A program made the translations under genes and the position numbers. Source: Pseudobdellovibrionaceae bacterium (GTDB taxonomy: Bacteria; Bdellovibrionota; FAC87; UBA2466; JACKAF01). Taken from it: a stretch of DNA of 64,000 nucleotides. The stretch lies in contig JACKAF010000002.1 of the NCBI GenBank assembly GCA_020635235.1, positions 63,614 to 127,613 of the forward strand, written 5' to 3'. This document shows, piece after piece, positions 14,335 through 23,905 of this stretch; the stretch's first letter is position 1; each line of letters begins with the position of its first letter. The notes below the pieces were generated by a model. It worked only from the letters and a program-made list of their open reading frames with translations. It ran no database searches and had not been told where the DNA came from.

Positions 14335-17079
14335 ATGGAACCCAAGAGCCAAGCCCTGGAGGAGTCTACTCTTTGGCACTCGCTTCCTGTGACTGAGGTA
14401 GAAGCACGCCTTCAGTCCGATCATACGGTGGGTCTTAGTTCGGAAGACGTCCGTGAACGGCAATTGCGATTGGGTGAAAACAAATTGCCAGCATCCCGTT
14501 CGGTGCCTTGGTTGCTTCGCCTTCTTTCCCAGTTCAACCAGCTGCTTATTTGGATTCTATTTTTGGCCGCGATCTTTTCTGGCTACCTCGGAGACTGGGG
14601 TGAGGCCGTTGCGATTCTTGGCATCGTTCTACTCAATGGCTTGCTGGGATTTTTTCAAGAGATAAGAGCTGAAAGATCGATCCAAGCTCTCCAGCAACTT
14701 ACCGCTCCGTTGGCGCGTGTGCGGCGTGGGGGGCGCCAGTGCCTGGTGCCGGCGGCGGAACTGGTGCCGGGCGACACGGTCGAGCTTGAGGCCGGTGACA
14801 AATTACCCGCGGATTGTCGTGTGGTGTCCGCCTTTTCCGTTAGCGTCGACGAGGCCTCATTAACAGGCGAGTCGGTGACCGTATCCAAGAGCGCCGAAGA
14901 GTTGGCGCCGGCCACGCCTTTAGTCGATCGCCGCAATATGTTTTACTCCGGGACTGTGGTGACCTCGGGTAAAGCAACAGCCATCGTCGTGGCCACCGGA
15001 GTGCGCACAGAACTTGGAAAGATTGCTAACCTCCTGGAAAGCGAACCCTGGAAAGAAACCCCGCTACAGAAAAGGTTGCGTGAGTTAGGTAGGGTCCTGC
15101 TCTTCGCCTGCTTGGCCATCGTCGCGGTGATATTCGGACTTCAACTCTTGCGGGGCGGGCAGATCCTAGAGACGCTTCTCTTTTCGATCAGTTTGGCCGT
15201 GGCCGCAGTGCCCGAGGGGCTCCCTGTTGTCGTGACTGTCACCCTTTCTATAGGGCTCCAGCGCATGGCTAAACGCAATGCAATTATCCGCTCGCTACCC
15301 AGCGTAGAAACCCTCGGCTCTGTTAGTACCATTTGTTCTGACAAGACGGGCACGCTCACTCGGAACCAGATGACAGTTCGAGAAGTCTATGCGGGGGATG
15401 CCCGTTATTCGGTGGAGGGGACCGGCTATTGGCCGACGGGGCAGTTTTTTTTGCAAGGGGCTCATGGGAAGGCAGCCGAGAACCCCTGCGCGGATCCCCT
15501 GCTCACGAAGTTAATGCTTGCTGGCAGTCTCTGTACGAACGCGCGCCTGTACTCGGGGACTACGGATGACGCCGAACCGAGCGTTGTTGGGGATCCGACT
15601 GAGATAGCGCTGCTTGTGCTTTCCGCCAAGGCAGGGCTCCGCGCGGACGGCTATTTCAAAGAAGCGGAGATTCCATTTGATTCAAATCGCAAAATGATGT
15701 CGGTTTTGGTACGCGATTCCGCGGAGAATCATACTGTTTACAGCAAAGGAGCCGTGGAAGCGATCCTCGGGGCTTGTGGCCAGGAGAGGCTTGGGAATGT
15801 AGAGGTCCCCTTGGACGACCGACGCGGGCTTTGGTTGCAGCGTGCCCACGAACTGTCGGCAAGGGCATTGCGGGTGCTCGCGTTGGCGTACCGCGAGGGA
15901 GGTGCCTCAGAGGGTCGAATCGAGGAAAAGGACCTAGTTTTCTTAGGACTCGTCGGAATGATGGATCCCCCGCGGAGCGAAGTGGCGGATGCCATCCAAA
16001 AATGCAAGAGCGCGGGTATCCGTCCTATCGTGATTACAGGTGACCATCCTGCGACCGCCCTGGCGGTCGCCCAAGAGCTCGGCATCGTGGGAGCGGAGGC
16101 CAACGCGACTACGGGAGCTGAACTGGATGGGCTTAACGGAGACGAACTCGACGCCAGAGTGCGAAAAACCTCCGTGTACGCGCGCGTTTCGCCGGAAAAT
16201 AAACTTCAAATTGTCCGAGCTCTAAGGCAGCAAGGGGAGACGGTGGCGATGACGGGCGACGGCGTGAACGACGCGCCAGCAGTAAAAGCCGCGGATATCG
16301 GAATTAGCATGGGTTTGACAGGAACCGAGGTGACCAAGGAAGCCGCGGACATGGTTCTTGTGGATGACAACTTTGTATCGATCGTCAACGCAGTCGAGGA
16401 GGGACGTTGCCTTTTTGAGAACCTGCAGAAGTTTGTCCACTATTTGCTAGCGTGCAACGTGAGCGAAATTCTCCTGGTTTTTGTCGCGGCGGTCTTGGGC
16501 TGGCCCCAACCGCTTTTGGCGATTCAGATTCTTTGGATCAATTTGGTCACAGATGGCCCGCCAGCGCTGGCGATGGCCTTTGAAACCCCCGCGCCCGATG
16601 TGATGGTGCGCGCCCCTCGCCCGGTAACAAGAGCCTTTTTTGATGCGCAGATTGTCCGGGACATCATTGGCCATGGGCTTCTCATCTCCGCCGCTTCGAT
16701 TATTGGTTTTTGGAGCGTTCTACCTGGACCCGACGCCGGCCCTCCAGAAATCTCCAATGCCCGCGGGGTGGCGTTTTGTGTCTGCGGGTTTGCTCAATTG
16801 TTGTTCGCGTTTGCCTGTCGGAGCAACCGGTTCACCGCTCTGCAACTCGGGATTTTCTCCAATCCAGTTCTTTTTTTTGGTGTTGTGACATCCGTTTTGC
16901 TGCAAGCATGCATTGTCCTTTTCCCTCCCGCACAAATAATTTTCTTTGCTCACGCACCTGATTTGAGTCCTTATTGGCTTCGCATTGCCTGCCTGTCCTT
17001 CTTGCCACTCTTACTCGCCGAAACATTCAAGTGGGTGTCCAATTTGAGGATAAAAAAACGGGAGTCTCGAAATGCTTAG
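14335..17079 (+). CDS. Cation-transporting P-type ATPase, type IIA (Ca2+-ATPase-like)
   Basis: The phosphorylation motif 'CSDKTGTLT', the A-domain motif 'TGES', the hinge 'MTGDGVNDAPA' and 10-TM-like hydrophobic segments are all present. Confidence 0.9.
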   Translation: MEPKSQALEESTLWHSLPVTEVEARLQSDHTVGLSSEDVRERQLRLGENKLPASRSVPWLLRLLSQFNQLLIWILFLAAIFSGYLGDWGEAVAILGIVLLNGLLGFFQEIRAERSIQALQQLTAPLARVRRGGRQCLVPAAELVPGDTVELEAGDKLPADCRVVSAFSVSVDEASLTGESVTVSKSAEELAPATPLVDRRNMFYSGTVVTSGKATAIVVATGVRTELGKIANLLESEPWKETPLQKRLRELGRVLLFACLAIVAVIFGLQLLRGGQILETLLFSISLAVAAVPEGLPVVVTVTLSIGLQRMAKRNAIIRSLPSVETLGSVSTICSDKTGTLTRNQMTVREVYAGDARYSVEGTGYWPTGQFFLQGAHGKAAENPCADPLLTKLMLAGSLCTNARLYSGTTDDAEPSVVGDPTEIALLVLSAKAGLRADGYFKEAEIPFDSNRKMMSVLVRDSAENHTVYSKGAVEAILGACGQERLGNVEVPLDDRRGLWLQRAHELSARALRVLALAYREGGASEGRIEEKDLVFLGLVGMMDPPRSEVADAIQKCKSAGIRPIVITGDHPATALAVAQELGIVGAEANATTGAELDGLNGDELDARVRKTSVYARVSPENKLQIVRALRQQGETVAMTGDGVNDAPAVKAADIGISMGLTGTEVTKEAADMVLVDDNFVSIVNAVEEGRCLFENLQKFVHYLLACNVSEILLVFVAAVLGWPQPLLAIQILWINLVTDGPPALAMAFETPAPDVMVRAPRPVTRAFFDAQIVRDIIGHGLLISAASIIGFWSVLPGPDAGPPEISNARGVAFCVCGFAQLLFAFACRSNRFTALQLGIFSNPVLFFGVVTSVLLQACIVLFPPAQIIFFAHAPDLSPYWLRIACLSFLPLLLAETFKWVSNLRIKKRESRNA

Positions 17080-18058
17080 CGCGATTCTTCAGTTCGTAGC
17101 GGCGGGTGCGGTGATCTTTCTCGCGGGTGCGGCGTTGACGCGCTTCGCGGATGTCATCGCGGATCTTACTAAGATGGGACGCCTACTGGCGGGCAGTGTC
17201 CTACTGGCTTCGGCGACCTCTCTTCCCGAGCTAATAGTGGATGTTTCTGCTGCCCGTTCCGGTCTGCTGGATCTTGCGGTCGGGGATCTCATGGGGAGCA
17301 GCCTTTGCAACCTGTTCATCCTTGCTGTTTTGGACATCGTCAGTCGGCCGCAGCTTCGCGCCTTGGGGCGAGCGTCCACATCCCATGCTTTGGCCGGCGT
17401 CGCGAGCATTTCTCTGGCGGCAGTGGCCGCGCTTAGCATACTTCTCGGGCCTCGATTGGCGCCCTTTGAAGTAGGTAGCGTAGGAGTAGGCTCGATCGCC
17501 CTGCTCATTACCTACTTGTTTGGTCTGCGTCTGGTATTCTTCGATCAACGCTTGGAACCGGCTGGGGCAAAAAGCAGTTCGCCCCCGATGCACCTGTCCG
17601 CCGCTGTTTTCGGGTACCTCGCGACTGCCGGACTTATTCTCTTGGCGGCGCCTTACCTTGTCAGGGCCGCCGCGCAAATCGCTACAAGCGCGCACATTGG
17701 GACCACCTTTGTAGGGACGACGATGGTGGCTCTTAGTACCTCGCTGCCCGAGCTTGTGACAACACGCGCGGCGCTAAAGCGGGGAGCAAGCGATTTGGCC
17801 ATTGGGAATGTACTAGGAAGCAATGCCTTTAACATGGTTATCCTCGTGGCGTTGGATTTCGTGGTGGAGGGCCCCGTGCTTAGCCGAGTTTCCAGCACGC
17901 ACGCGCTGACGGCCATCTGCACAATCTTCGTTACGACGATAGCCATCATGAGCCAACTGTACCGCTTAGAGAAAAGAAAGATACTTGTCGAACCAGACGC
18001 GTACTTGGTTCTCATTCTGGTACTTGCGTCGTTGGGACTTGTATTTTGGATTGGATAA
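17072..18058 (+). CDS. Sodium/calcium exchanger family (CaCA, YrbG-like) membrane protein
   Basis: Two alpha-repeat motifs, 'ATSLPELIV' and 'STSLPELVT', are present in a polytopic protein. It overlaps the ATPase gene's stop by 8 nt. Confidence 0.85.
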   Translation: MLSAILQFVAAGAVIFLAGAALTRFADVIADLTKMGRLLAGSVLLASATSLPELIVDVSAARSGLLDLAVGDLMGSSLCNLFILAVLDIVSRPQLRALGRASTSHALAGVASISLAAVAALSILLGPRLAPFEVGSVGVGSIALLITYLFGLRLVFFDQRLEPAGAKSSSPPMHLSAAVFGYLATAGLILLAAPYLVRAAAQIATSAHIGTTFVGTTMVALSTSLPELVTTRAALKRGASDLAIGNVLGSNAFNMVILVALDFVVEGPVLSRVSSTHALTAICTIFVTTIAIMSQLYRLEKRKILVEPDAYLVLILVLASLGLVFWIG

Positions 18059-18062
18059 GATG

Positions 18063-20381
18063 CTAGGCCGCTTTTTCAAGTTCGCTGATTTCTTTTAGCA
18101 ACTTCTCTTTTTCAATGGCCCACTGAGTGTGCATTTGAAGCCACAGGGCGTTGGTGATCTTGCCGCTTATCTTGTCTTCGTAGGCCTGTTGGATCTGCAG
18201 TTCGACTTCCTTGAGCCGCGTCCGAGCCTGATCGAGAGGGGAAAGATCCGAGTGCGAAGGGCTTTCTGGTGCCTTTGTCTCGTTGGACGGAGCGTCCCAA
18301 TTTGCCTGCGAAGGGCGGTTCCAAAGCGGGGCTGGCGGTTTGGGTAGACCGCTTCCTGTTTGGTTCTCCTCCTCCGGATCGGATACCGAGGCTCCCCAGA
18401 AGGCATTTTTGGAATCGGTTTCGTTCCAGCTTCCCTGCTTTTCTTCCCAATCTTTATCCTCTGAAGCTTCTGTCTCGGATTCTTGCGCGGGTCGCTGCGC
18501 GCGGCGAGCCTCGATCTGATCGAGGATATCCTGCATCGATTCCGCCGTAATATTGGGCGGGGGAATTTCTGTGTTGGTTTGTTCTATGTCGGAATCTGAA
18601 TTCGCATCCGCGTCCAGATCGTCACTTGCCGACACACCAGAGTGCGTGACGGTATTTTCGTCTTTTTCTTCCGCGCGTTCTTGCTGCATTTTTTCGAGAA
18701 GTGTCGCCATGGCGTTGGAAGCTTCATCGGCCTCGGTGTATTCGGTAGAGGCCGAGGCTTCAGCTGCGCTCTCAGGACTCTCTTGTTTGGGGAAAGACTC
18801 ACCTAGTGGAATTCCACCAAAGGCGACTTCTGGGGGACGCATGGGCCCCGATACTTGCGGTTCCGGAAACTCTTCTAGCGCTTCCTCGGACTCATGGGTG
18901 TTGTTGTCGGTCGGGATGCCTCCGTAAGACATCTGATCCGGCATCGAGTGTTCTGTCGAGGCGGGTGTACTGACCTGCCATTCGGAAGCGTCTTCTTTTG
19001 TTTCCCCGTCTGTACTTTCGTTAGCTTCAGGAGTCGCCACGGCGTGCTCACTAGACTCCGTAACCGGCTCTTCCGCATGCGCGTGAACGATTATTTCCTT
19101 CGATTCTGTTTCAGGGGTGTCGTGAACGATGGTTTCCTTCGCTTCTGTTTCCGAATCTTCGTGAACAATGCTCTCTTTTGCTTCTGCAGAGGCGGCTAAC
19201 AAAATCTTATCTTCTTCCGGCACATCCCCTTCGACAATCAGATCAGGATCGACGGAGGGCTGGGCCGCGTTGGTCGAGCTTTCGTGTGTCGGGGTGGCTG
19301 CCTCGGGCGCTTCGTCTACCCAGGTGTTTTCGAGTGGCTCGCCGACATCCGCTGATGCTTCGCTTTCGCGGGATTCTTCCGTTTCGGCAGCCTGTTCGGA
19401 GGCCTCCAGCTGAGCGAGAAGATCGGAAGAAAGCGGCTCGGGTACTTCGTCTTGTGATTCGGGGTGGCTCTCTTTATTAGCGATCTCGACCACTGTCTCC
19501 GTAACCTGTTCGGCCTCGTTCTCAGTCGGGGTTTCCACTTCCGCCATCGCTTCCAGTACCGGGCTCGGCGATTGGGGCTGGGAGGTGTGCGTCTCGCGGG
19601 CGTGCCCAGTATGGGTTTGGTTCCGATTGTTCCATACGAACGAAAGTAGGCCGCCGATCTCTTCTCCCAAAGTGCGCAATTTGCTATGGACCGGGAACAT
19701 CAGGTTGAGGCCACTCAATCCTACGAATAGGGCCATGCCCAGCGCTGCGGGCCCAAAAAACCATGAAACCGTATGCGCGAAATCTCTCAGCGGGGCGATG
19801 TCCATCGGCGTTTCCGCGAGCCGGTTGACGAGCTCGGGGATGGCAGCCGCGACACCCAGGCACGAAGCGAAGACTCCGAGGAGAAAAAGAATTCCGGGAA
19901 GCGCGCCTACAAAACGGGCGCCGCTTTCTACAGGAATGCCTCCCAGAAGATGGGTGAGGGAGCGGGTGCTGGCGCGCGCGGCGCGGACGGCAGAACGAAA
20001 GTCTTCCTGCGTGAGAGCCCCGTGGCTGTTTTCTACCCACGGGCGGAGATTGGTGCGAAACTCCTCCCAGTCGGTTCTTTGAGTAAATAAGTAGTCAATG
20101 AGGCGCGAAAGGAATCCCGATTTGGCGCGCAATTCGGTTTCCGCTTCTTTCAGAATGCTGTCGACCAGCTCGGCGTAGCTAGCGGCCTCCTGCGAAAGCC
20201 AGTTGGGAGCGACCTGCTGGGCACGCAACGCAAACTGCTCCTCTTTGCGAAGAGTGCGCGACGCGCTGATGCGAACATAAAGTGCAATGAGGGAAACAAA
20301 CAACATGAACGGGGCGGCGCCGATAGAGAGAGTGTGTATCGCCATTTGAATGGTGGCTTCATCAAGGCTTGGCATGGGCAT
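18063..20381 (-). CDS. Membrane protein with ExbB/TolQ/MotA-like topology, a long polyacidic disordered tail and a C-terminal coiled coil
   Basis: TM1 is near residue 20, followed by a ~120-aa loop and two TM segments around residues 158-230. Residues ~265-700 are rich in E/D/S/T/P. The protein ends in a heptad-like 'LKEVELQIQQAYEDK...LLKEISELEKAA'. The family assignment is tentative. Confidence 0.45.
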   Translation of the reverse strand: MPMPSLDEATIQMAIHTLSIGAAPFMLFVSLIALYVRISASRTLRKEEQFALRAQQVAPNWLSQEAASYAELVDSILKEAETELRAKSGFLSRLIDYLFTQRTDWEEFRTNLRPWVENSHGALTQEDFRSAVRAARASTRSLTHLLGGIPVESGARFVGALPGILFLLGVFASCLGVAAAIPELVNRLAETPMDIAPLRDFAHTVSWFFGPAALGMALFVGLSGLNLMFPVHSKLRTLGEEIGGLLSFVWNNRNQTHTGHARETHTSQPQSPSPVLEAMAEVETPTENEAEQVTETVVEIANKESHPESQDEVPEPLSSDLLAQLEASEQAAETEESRESEASADVGEPLENTWVDEAPEAATPTHESSTNAAQPSVDPDLIVEGDVPEEDKILLAASAEAKESIVHEDSETEAKETIVHDTPETESKEIIVHAHAEEPVTESSEHAVATPEANESTDGETKEDASEWQVSTPASTEHSMPDQMSYGGIPTDNNTHESEEALEEFPEPQVSGPMRPPEVAFGGIPLGESFPKQESPESAAEASASTEYTEADEASNAMATLLEKMQQERAEEKDENTVTHSGVSASDDLDADANSDSDIEQTNTEIPPPNITAESMQDILDQIEARRAQRPAQESETEASEDKDWEEKQGSWNETDSKNAFWGASVSDPEEENQTGSGLPKPPAPLWNRPSQANWDAPSNETKAPESPSHSDLSPLDQARTRLKEVELQIQQAYEDKISGKITNALWLQMHTQWAIEKEKLLKEISELEKAA
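19083..19199 (-). repeat. Three tandem 39-bp repeats encoding [A/S]KE[S/T/I]IVH-acidic 13-mers
   Basis: The gtgaac units start at 19083, 19122 and 19161. The translated units are AKESIVHEDSETE, AKETIVHDTPETE and SKEIIVHAHAEEP. Confidence 0.8.
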
Positions 20382-21309
20382 CTCCGCTCTCTTTAAATTG
20401 AACTCTAAGCACTATCTTTTTGGGGTCCTCACAACCGTAGTGCTGACACAGGCTGGCCGCGGCGTCCTTTTTGTTTTGGAGGCTGGGCTGGGCGTCTAGA
20501 TAGTTGATCCGAGAAACCTTGATCAGCTTCATCAAATCCTTCTGGTTCTTGAATTTGGTTTTCTTGCTATCAAAAATGGATCGGTAAATGGAGCGTGAAC
20601 GTTGGTAACCGAGATCCATGTCCAGCGTGTTTTCTTTCTTGTCTCCCAAGGCCACCAGCTCAATTTGCGCGATGTTTCTCTTAAAGTTGGGATGGTTAAA
20701 AATGTGATCGGCGTAGATAGTGAAAACCGAGTTGAGGTTTTTCTGCAGTCGAGGCGTCACACGAGAACTCCCTCGGGTGAAGTAGCTGCCTGCCAGGTGA
20801 ACGATCACCTCGCCTTGCCTTAGCTTGATCGTTGTGTTGAAGCCCGCCTCCGCGAGCCCGCGTTCCAGTTGAGCCATCAGGTCGCGGCGGGTTCCTGCCT
20901 GCTTGCGCATTGTCGTTAGCTGGCGTTGCAATTTTGGGTTTCCGAGCAGGGTCGAAGCCACATCCATGCTGGCTACTTGCGGCTGGCGAGCGATTTCTGT
21001 CGCTGCGGCCCTTTCCACCACTTCGATTTCCGAAAGCAGGAGTCCATAGATATCCGCTTCTTCATTTACTGCCTGGTTTCCCAAAAAGGCTTTTACGGCG
21101 TCGTGCCGAGCGACCCGGTGTTTGAGACGGGTGTTTTCGCTTTTGGCTGTGCTTAGGGCGGTCTGGTAGGCCCACGTGCTTACGGCGCCGTGGATTCCAC
21201 CTAGAGCGCTCCCCATTAAAAGGAGGACGGAGAGGCCCACCAGGGCGTAGGCCCACGGGACCTCGTAATCATTGGGTTTTGACCCATCGTACCAGTCGTT
21301 TAGTGCCAA
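20362..21309 (-). CDS. Single-pass membrane protein with a divergent OmpA/MotB-like C-terminal domain
   Basis: It has an N-terminal TM segment (VPWAYALVGLSVLLLMGSALGG) and a central coiled coil. The C-terminal 'YFTRGSSRVTPRLQKNL...IELVALGD...LGYQRSRSIYRSIF' resembles the OmpA_C pattern. It overlaps the downstream gene's start by 20 nt. Confidence 0.45.
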   Translation of the reverse strand: MALNDWYDGSKPNDYEVPWAYALVGLSVLLLMGSALGGIHGAVSTWAYQTALSTAKSENTRLKHRVARHDAVKAFLGNQAVNEEADIYGLLLSEIEVVERAAATEIARQPQVASMDVASTLLGNPKLQRQLTTMRKQAGTRRDLMAQLERGLAEAGFNTTIKLRQGEVIVHLAGSYFTRGSSRVTPRLQKNLNSVFTIYADHIFNHPNFKRNIAQIELVALGDKKENTLDMDLGYQRSRSIYRSIFDSKKTKFKNQKDLMKLIKVSRINYLDAQPSLQNKKDAAASLCQHYGCEDPKKIVLRVQFKESGDAHAKP

Positions 21310-21385
21310 AGAATCCTCCGGATGTAGTATCGGCTTGCGGCAAGGCTAGCTAAAGTCGGTGGGCTGGCGTAGAGTACGCCCCGTG

Positions 21386-22201
21386 ATGCTACGCCAAAAA
21401 CCCCTTGTGATGGGAATAGTCAATGTCACGCCGGATTCCTTTTCTGACGGCGGTTGCTACCTGGAGCCGGAACGCGCCATTTTGCAGGCCGCCCGCCTCG
21501 TGGGTAGCGGCGCGGACATCATCGACATAGGCGGGGAGTCCACCCGACCCGGTGCTTCGCCGGTGAGCGCCGAAGAGGAGATGGAACGGGTTCTACCTGT
21601 CGTAGAGGGTGTTGCGCGTCGCCTCGATGTGCGGGTTTCCATCGATACTCAAAAATACGAGGTCGCCCGGGAGGCCGTTCGGCTGGGTGCGAGTCTCGTG
21701 AATGACGTCAGTGGCGGGAGTGATATTCGCATGGCCACACTCGCCGCCGAGACCGGCGTGACCGTGGTCCTCATGCACATGCTTGGGACCCCACAAACCA
21801 TGCAGCTCGATCCCACTTACCAGGACGGGGTGGTGGCGGGCGTTTACCAGGCGCTTCTTTCGCGCGTAAGAGCTTTTGAAGAGTGTGGCGTAAGTCGGGA
21901 AAATATCTGGATCGATCCGGGGATAGGTTTCGGCAAGACCGTGCCCCACAATTTGGAACTCCTGGCTCATCTCTCGCGTTTTACGGATCTTGGTTCAAGG
22001 ATCGTTATCGGGACTTCTCGCAAATCCTTTCTTGCACGTGTTTTGGAGAATCCGGATCTTCCCATCGCAAAAAGGGAGTCGGCGACGATTGCCACCAATT
22101 TGTATGCCTACACCCGAGGGGCCTCAGTTTTTAGGGTGCACCGGGTAGCCGGATTTCGAAGGGCGCTGAAACTTTGGACTGCCTGCGAGGCCTACGAATG
22201 A
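21386..22201 (+). CDS. folP: Dihydropteroate synthase
   Basis: 'MGIVNVTPDSFSDGG' and 'DIGGESTRPG' are present. I placed the start at ATG 21386; the track ORF begins at GTG 21359. Confidence 0.9.
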   Translation: MLRQKPLVMGIVNVTPDSFSDGGCYLEPERAILQAARLVGSGADIIDIGGESTRPGASPVSAEEEMERVLPVVEGVARRLDVRVSIDTQKYEVAREAVRLGASLVNDVSGGSDIRMATLAAETGVTVVLMHMLGTPQTMQLDPTYQDGVVAGVYQALLSRVRAFEECGVSRENIWIDPGIGFGKTVPHNLELLAHLSRFTDLGSRIVIGTSRKSFLARVLENPDLPIAKRESATIATNLYAYTRGASVFRVHRVAGFRRALKLWTACEAYE

Positions 22202-22737
22202 AGCAAAAAGTGCGCGTGGCGATCTCGCTAGGAAGTAATCTCGGCGATAGACTCGAGTTTCTTACGCTGGCGGCCCGTCGGCTTGCTGGCGAGTTTTTGG
22301 AACGAGCGCAAGCGAGCCGGGTCTACGAGACTGAGCCGTGGCGGGGGATGGATCACCCTCTTTATCTCAATGCGCTGATCGTTGGCGAAAGCGAATGGAA
22401 GCCCCCTGCGATCCTCAACTATCTCCAGGAAGTCGAGCGGGATTTGGGTCGGACTCCCGGTGAGCGCTATGCCCCGCGGGTTGTTGACCTGGATTTGATT
22501 GCGTATGGCGAGCAGAGTTGGGAGTCGCCCGGCGTGTGTGTGCCGCACCCGTTTATGCACGAGCGGGATTTTGTTCTCGTTCCGATGCTGGAGCTTTGGC
22601 CTGATTGGCGTCACCCGAAACTGGGGAAAACGGTAAAGCAGTTGTGGGCGGAACTTCTTGAGACGAGTCCTCAGAAAAACGCAGCGGCAGGCCCAAGAGT
22701 TTTCGCACCGCCCCTATTAGATACAACGAACCTGTAA
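22198..22737 (+). CDS. folK: 2-amino-4-hydroxy-6-hydroxymethyldihydropteridine diphosphokinase (HPPK)
   Basis: 'VAISLGSNLGDR', 'RVVDLDLI' and 'PHP...ERDFVLVP' are present. Its start forms an ATGA overlap with the folP stop. Confidence 0.9.
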   Translation: MKQKVRVAISLGSNLGDRLEFLTLAARRLAGEFLERAQASRVYETEPWRGMDHPLYLNALIVGESEWKPPAILNYLQEVERDLGRTPGERYAPRVVDLDLIAYGEQSWESPGVCVPHPFMHERDFVLVPMLELWPDWRHPKLGKTVKQLWAELLETSPQKNAAAGPRVFAPPLLDTTNL

Positions 22738-23905
22738 CCAATAGAGTCCCCTCAGCAGCGGCCGATCTCGTTTTGCTCAAAGCGACTTCCAGATCGGGTT
22801 CGATCACGGTGCCTTTAGGCCACTCGCTGGGTCCCGGAGTGCGTGCCCCCGGGTTGTCCGTAACCAAGACCGTATCGGCGACAGAATCCAGCAGTTCCAA
22901 CATCTCCTGGTACGGTTTGTCGCCAGAAAAGCCACAAAGCACATGAAGGCGGTCTAGTTGCGGCAGCGACTCCAGCGTTTTTCGCAGGCTTTCCACTCCA
23001 TGGAGGTTGTGCGCCCCGCACAGAACGATTCTCGGATTCTTACCCAGTACCTCAAAACGCCCTGGGAAACGTGCCTTGGAAAAACCGGCTTGCAACGTTG
23101 TTACCGGAATCTCGGGAAACTCGCCCTGCAGAACCCGCCAAGCGAGAGCCGCGTTTTTGGCTGTGGCCTCCGAGGGATCCCGAAGCCAGACGCGGTGACC
23201 TTCTAGTTCCAGGCGTTGCCCGCTCCAATCGCGTGCAAGCAAACGGGCTGCTTTCGGTGTGTCCACGGTAACGGCGTGCCCAAGCGCGTACGCCTCGACT
23301 TGGGGGCGCAGATCGCAGGCGATACCAGTATAGAGCGTGCGGCCGGTTCGGCTAATTTGGATTTTGTCGGCAAGTATGATCTCCCGCGTCGGGCCTAAGT
23401 ATTCCTGATGGTCCAAGTCGACATTGGTCAAAACGCTCGCAATCGGATCGCATACGTTGGTGGCGTCGAGCGCCCCCCCGAGGCCCACTTCGACGACGGC
23501 GCAGTCGGTCTGCTGCTGCCTGCACCAGACGAAAAATAGGAGTGTTAGAAACTCAAAGTAGCTTAGCGAATAGCGCCGAGCTAGGGCTTCATTTTGTTCG
23601 ATTAGCGCTAAGAGAGACTCCAGCGAGATGGGCTTTAGGTTTTCCAGAAAACGTTCAGTCAAACTAAATAGGTGTGGGGAGGTGTAAGTTCGCACCCTTA
23701 GACCGTGTTCGCGCAGGGCCGCACTCAAAAGCAACGACGTGCTGCCTTTGCCATTTGTTCCGCCAATGAGGAGGCATCGAGTTTTGTTTACGGGGTGATC
23801 GAGTTCGGCGAGCGCGCTTCTCAGATTGTCCAAATCGTAATGCGGGCGTCGTTCCGTCCCAAATGGAGCCAGGCGCTCCTGTATATAAGTCTCACACAAT
23901 CGCAC
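22553..23905 (-). CDS. folC: Bifunctional folylpolyglutamate synthase/dihydrofolate synthase
   Basis: The Mur-ligase P-loop 'IGGTNGKGST' is present and the sequence is FolC-like up to 'GSLYLIGAVRKLL'. The last ~45 aa form a non-conserved tail that overlaps folK on the opposite strand. Confidence 0.85.
   Translation of the reverse strand: MRLCETYIQERLAPFGTERRPHYDLDNLRSALAELDHPVNKTRCLLIGGTNGKGSTSLLLSAALREHGLRVRTYTSPHLFSLTERFLENLKPISLESLLALIEQNEALARRYSLSYFEFLTLLFFVWCRQQQTDCAVVEVGLGGALDATNVCDPIASVLTNVDLDHQEYLGPTREIILADKIQISRTGRTLYTGIACDLRPQVEAYALGHAVTVDTPKAARLLARDWSGQRLELEGHRVWLRDPSEATAKNAALAWRVLQGEFPEIPVTTLQAGFSKARFPGRFEVLGKNPRIVLCGAHNLHGVESLRKTLESLPQLDRLHVLCGFSGDKPYQEMLELLDSVADTVLVTDNPGARTPGPSEWPKGTVIEPDLEVALSKTRSAAAEGTLLVTGSLYLIGAVRKLLGLPLRFSEDSSQEVPPTTALPFSPVSGDANQAKAPASEREQNPARA

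Noticed and set aside
18063-21309. Calling the stator-like pair a Zorya (ZorAB) defence system
   Set aside because: No ZorC/ZorD/ZorE-like gene is adjacent, and the gene order is B then A. The tail is acidic and disordered rather than a long helical bundle. Similarity to MotA/ExbB is based on topology only and is not supported by clear motifs.
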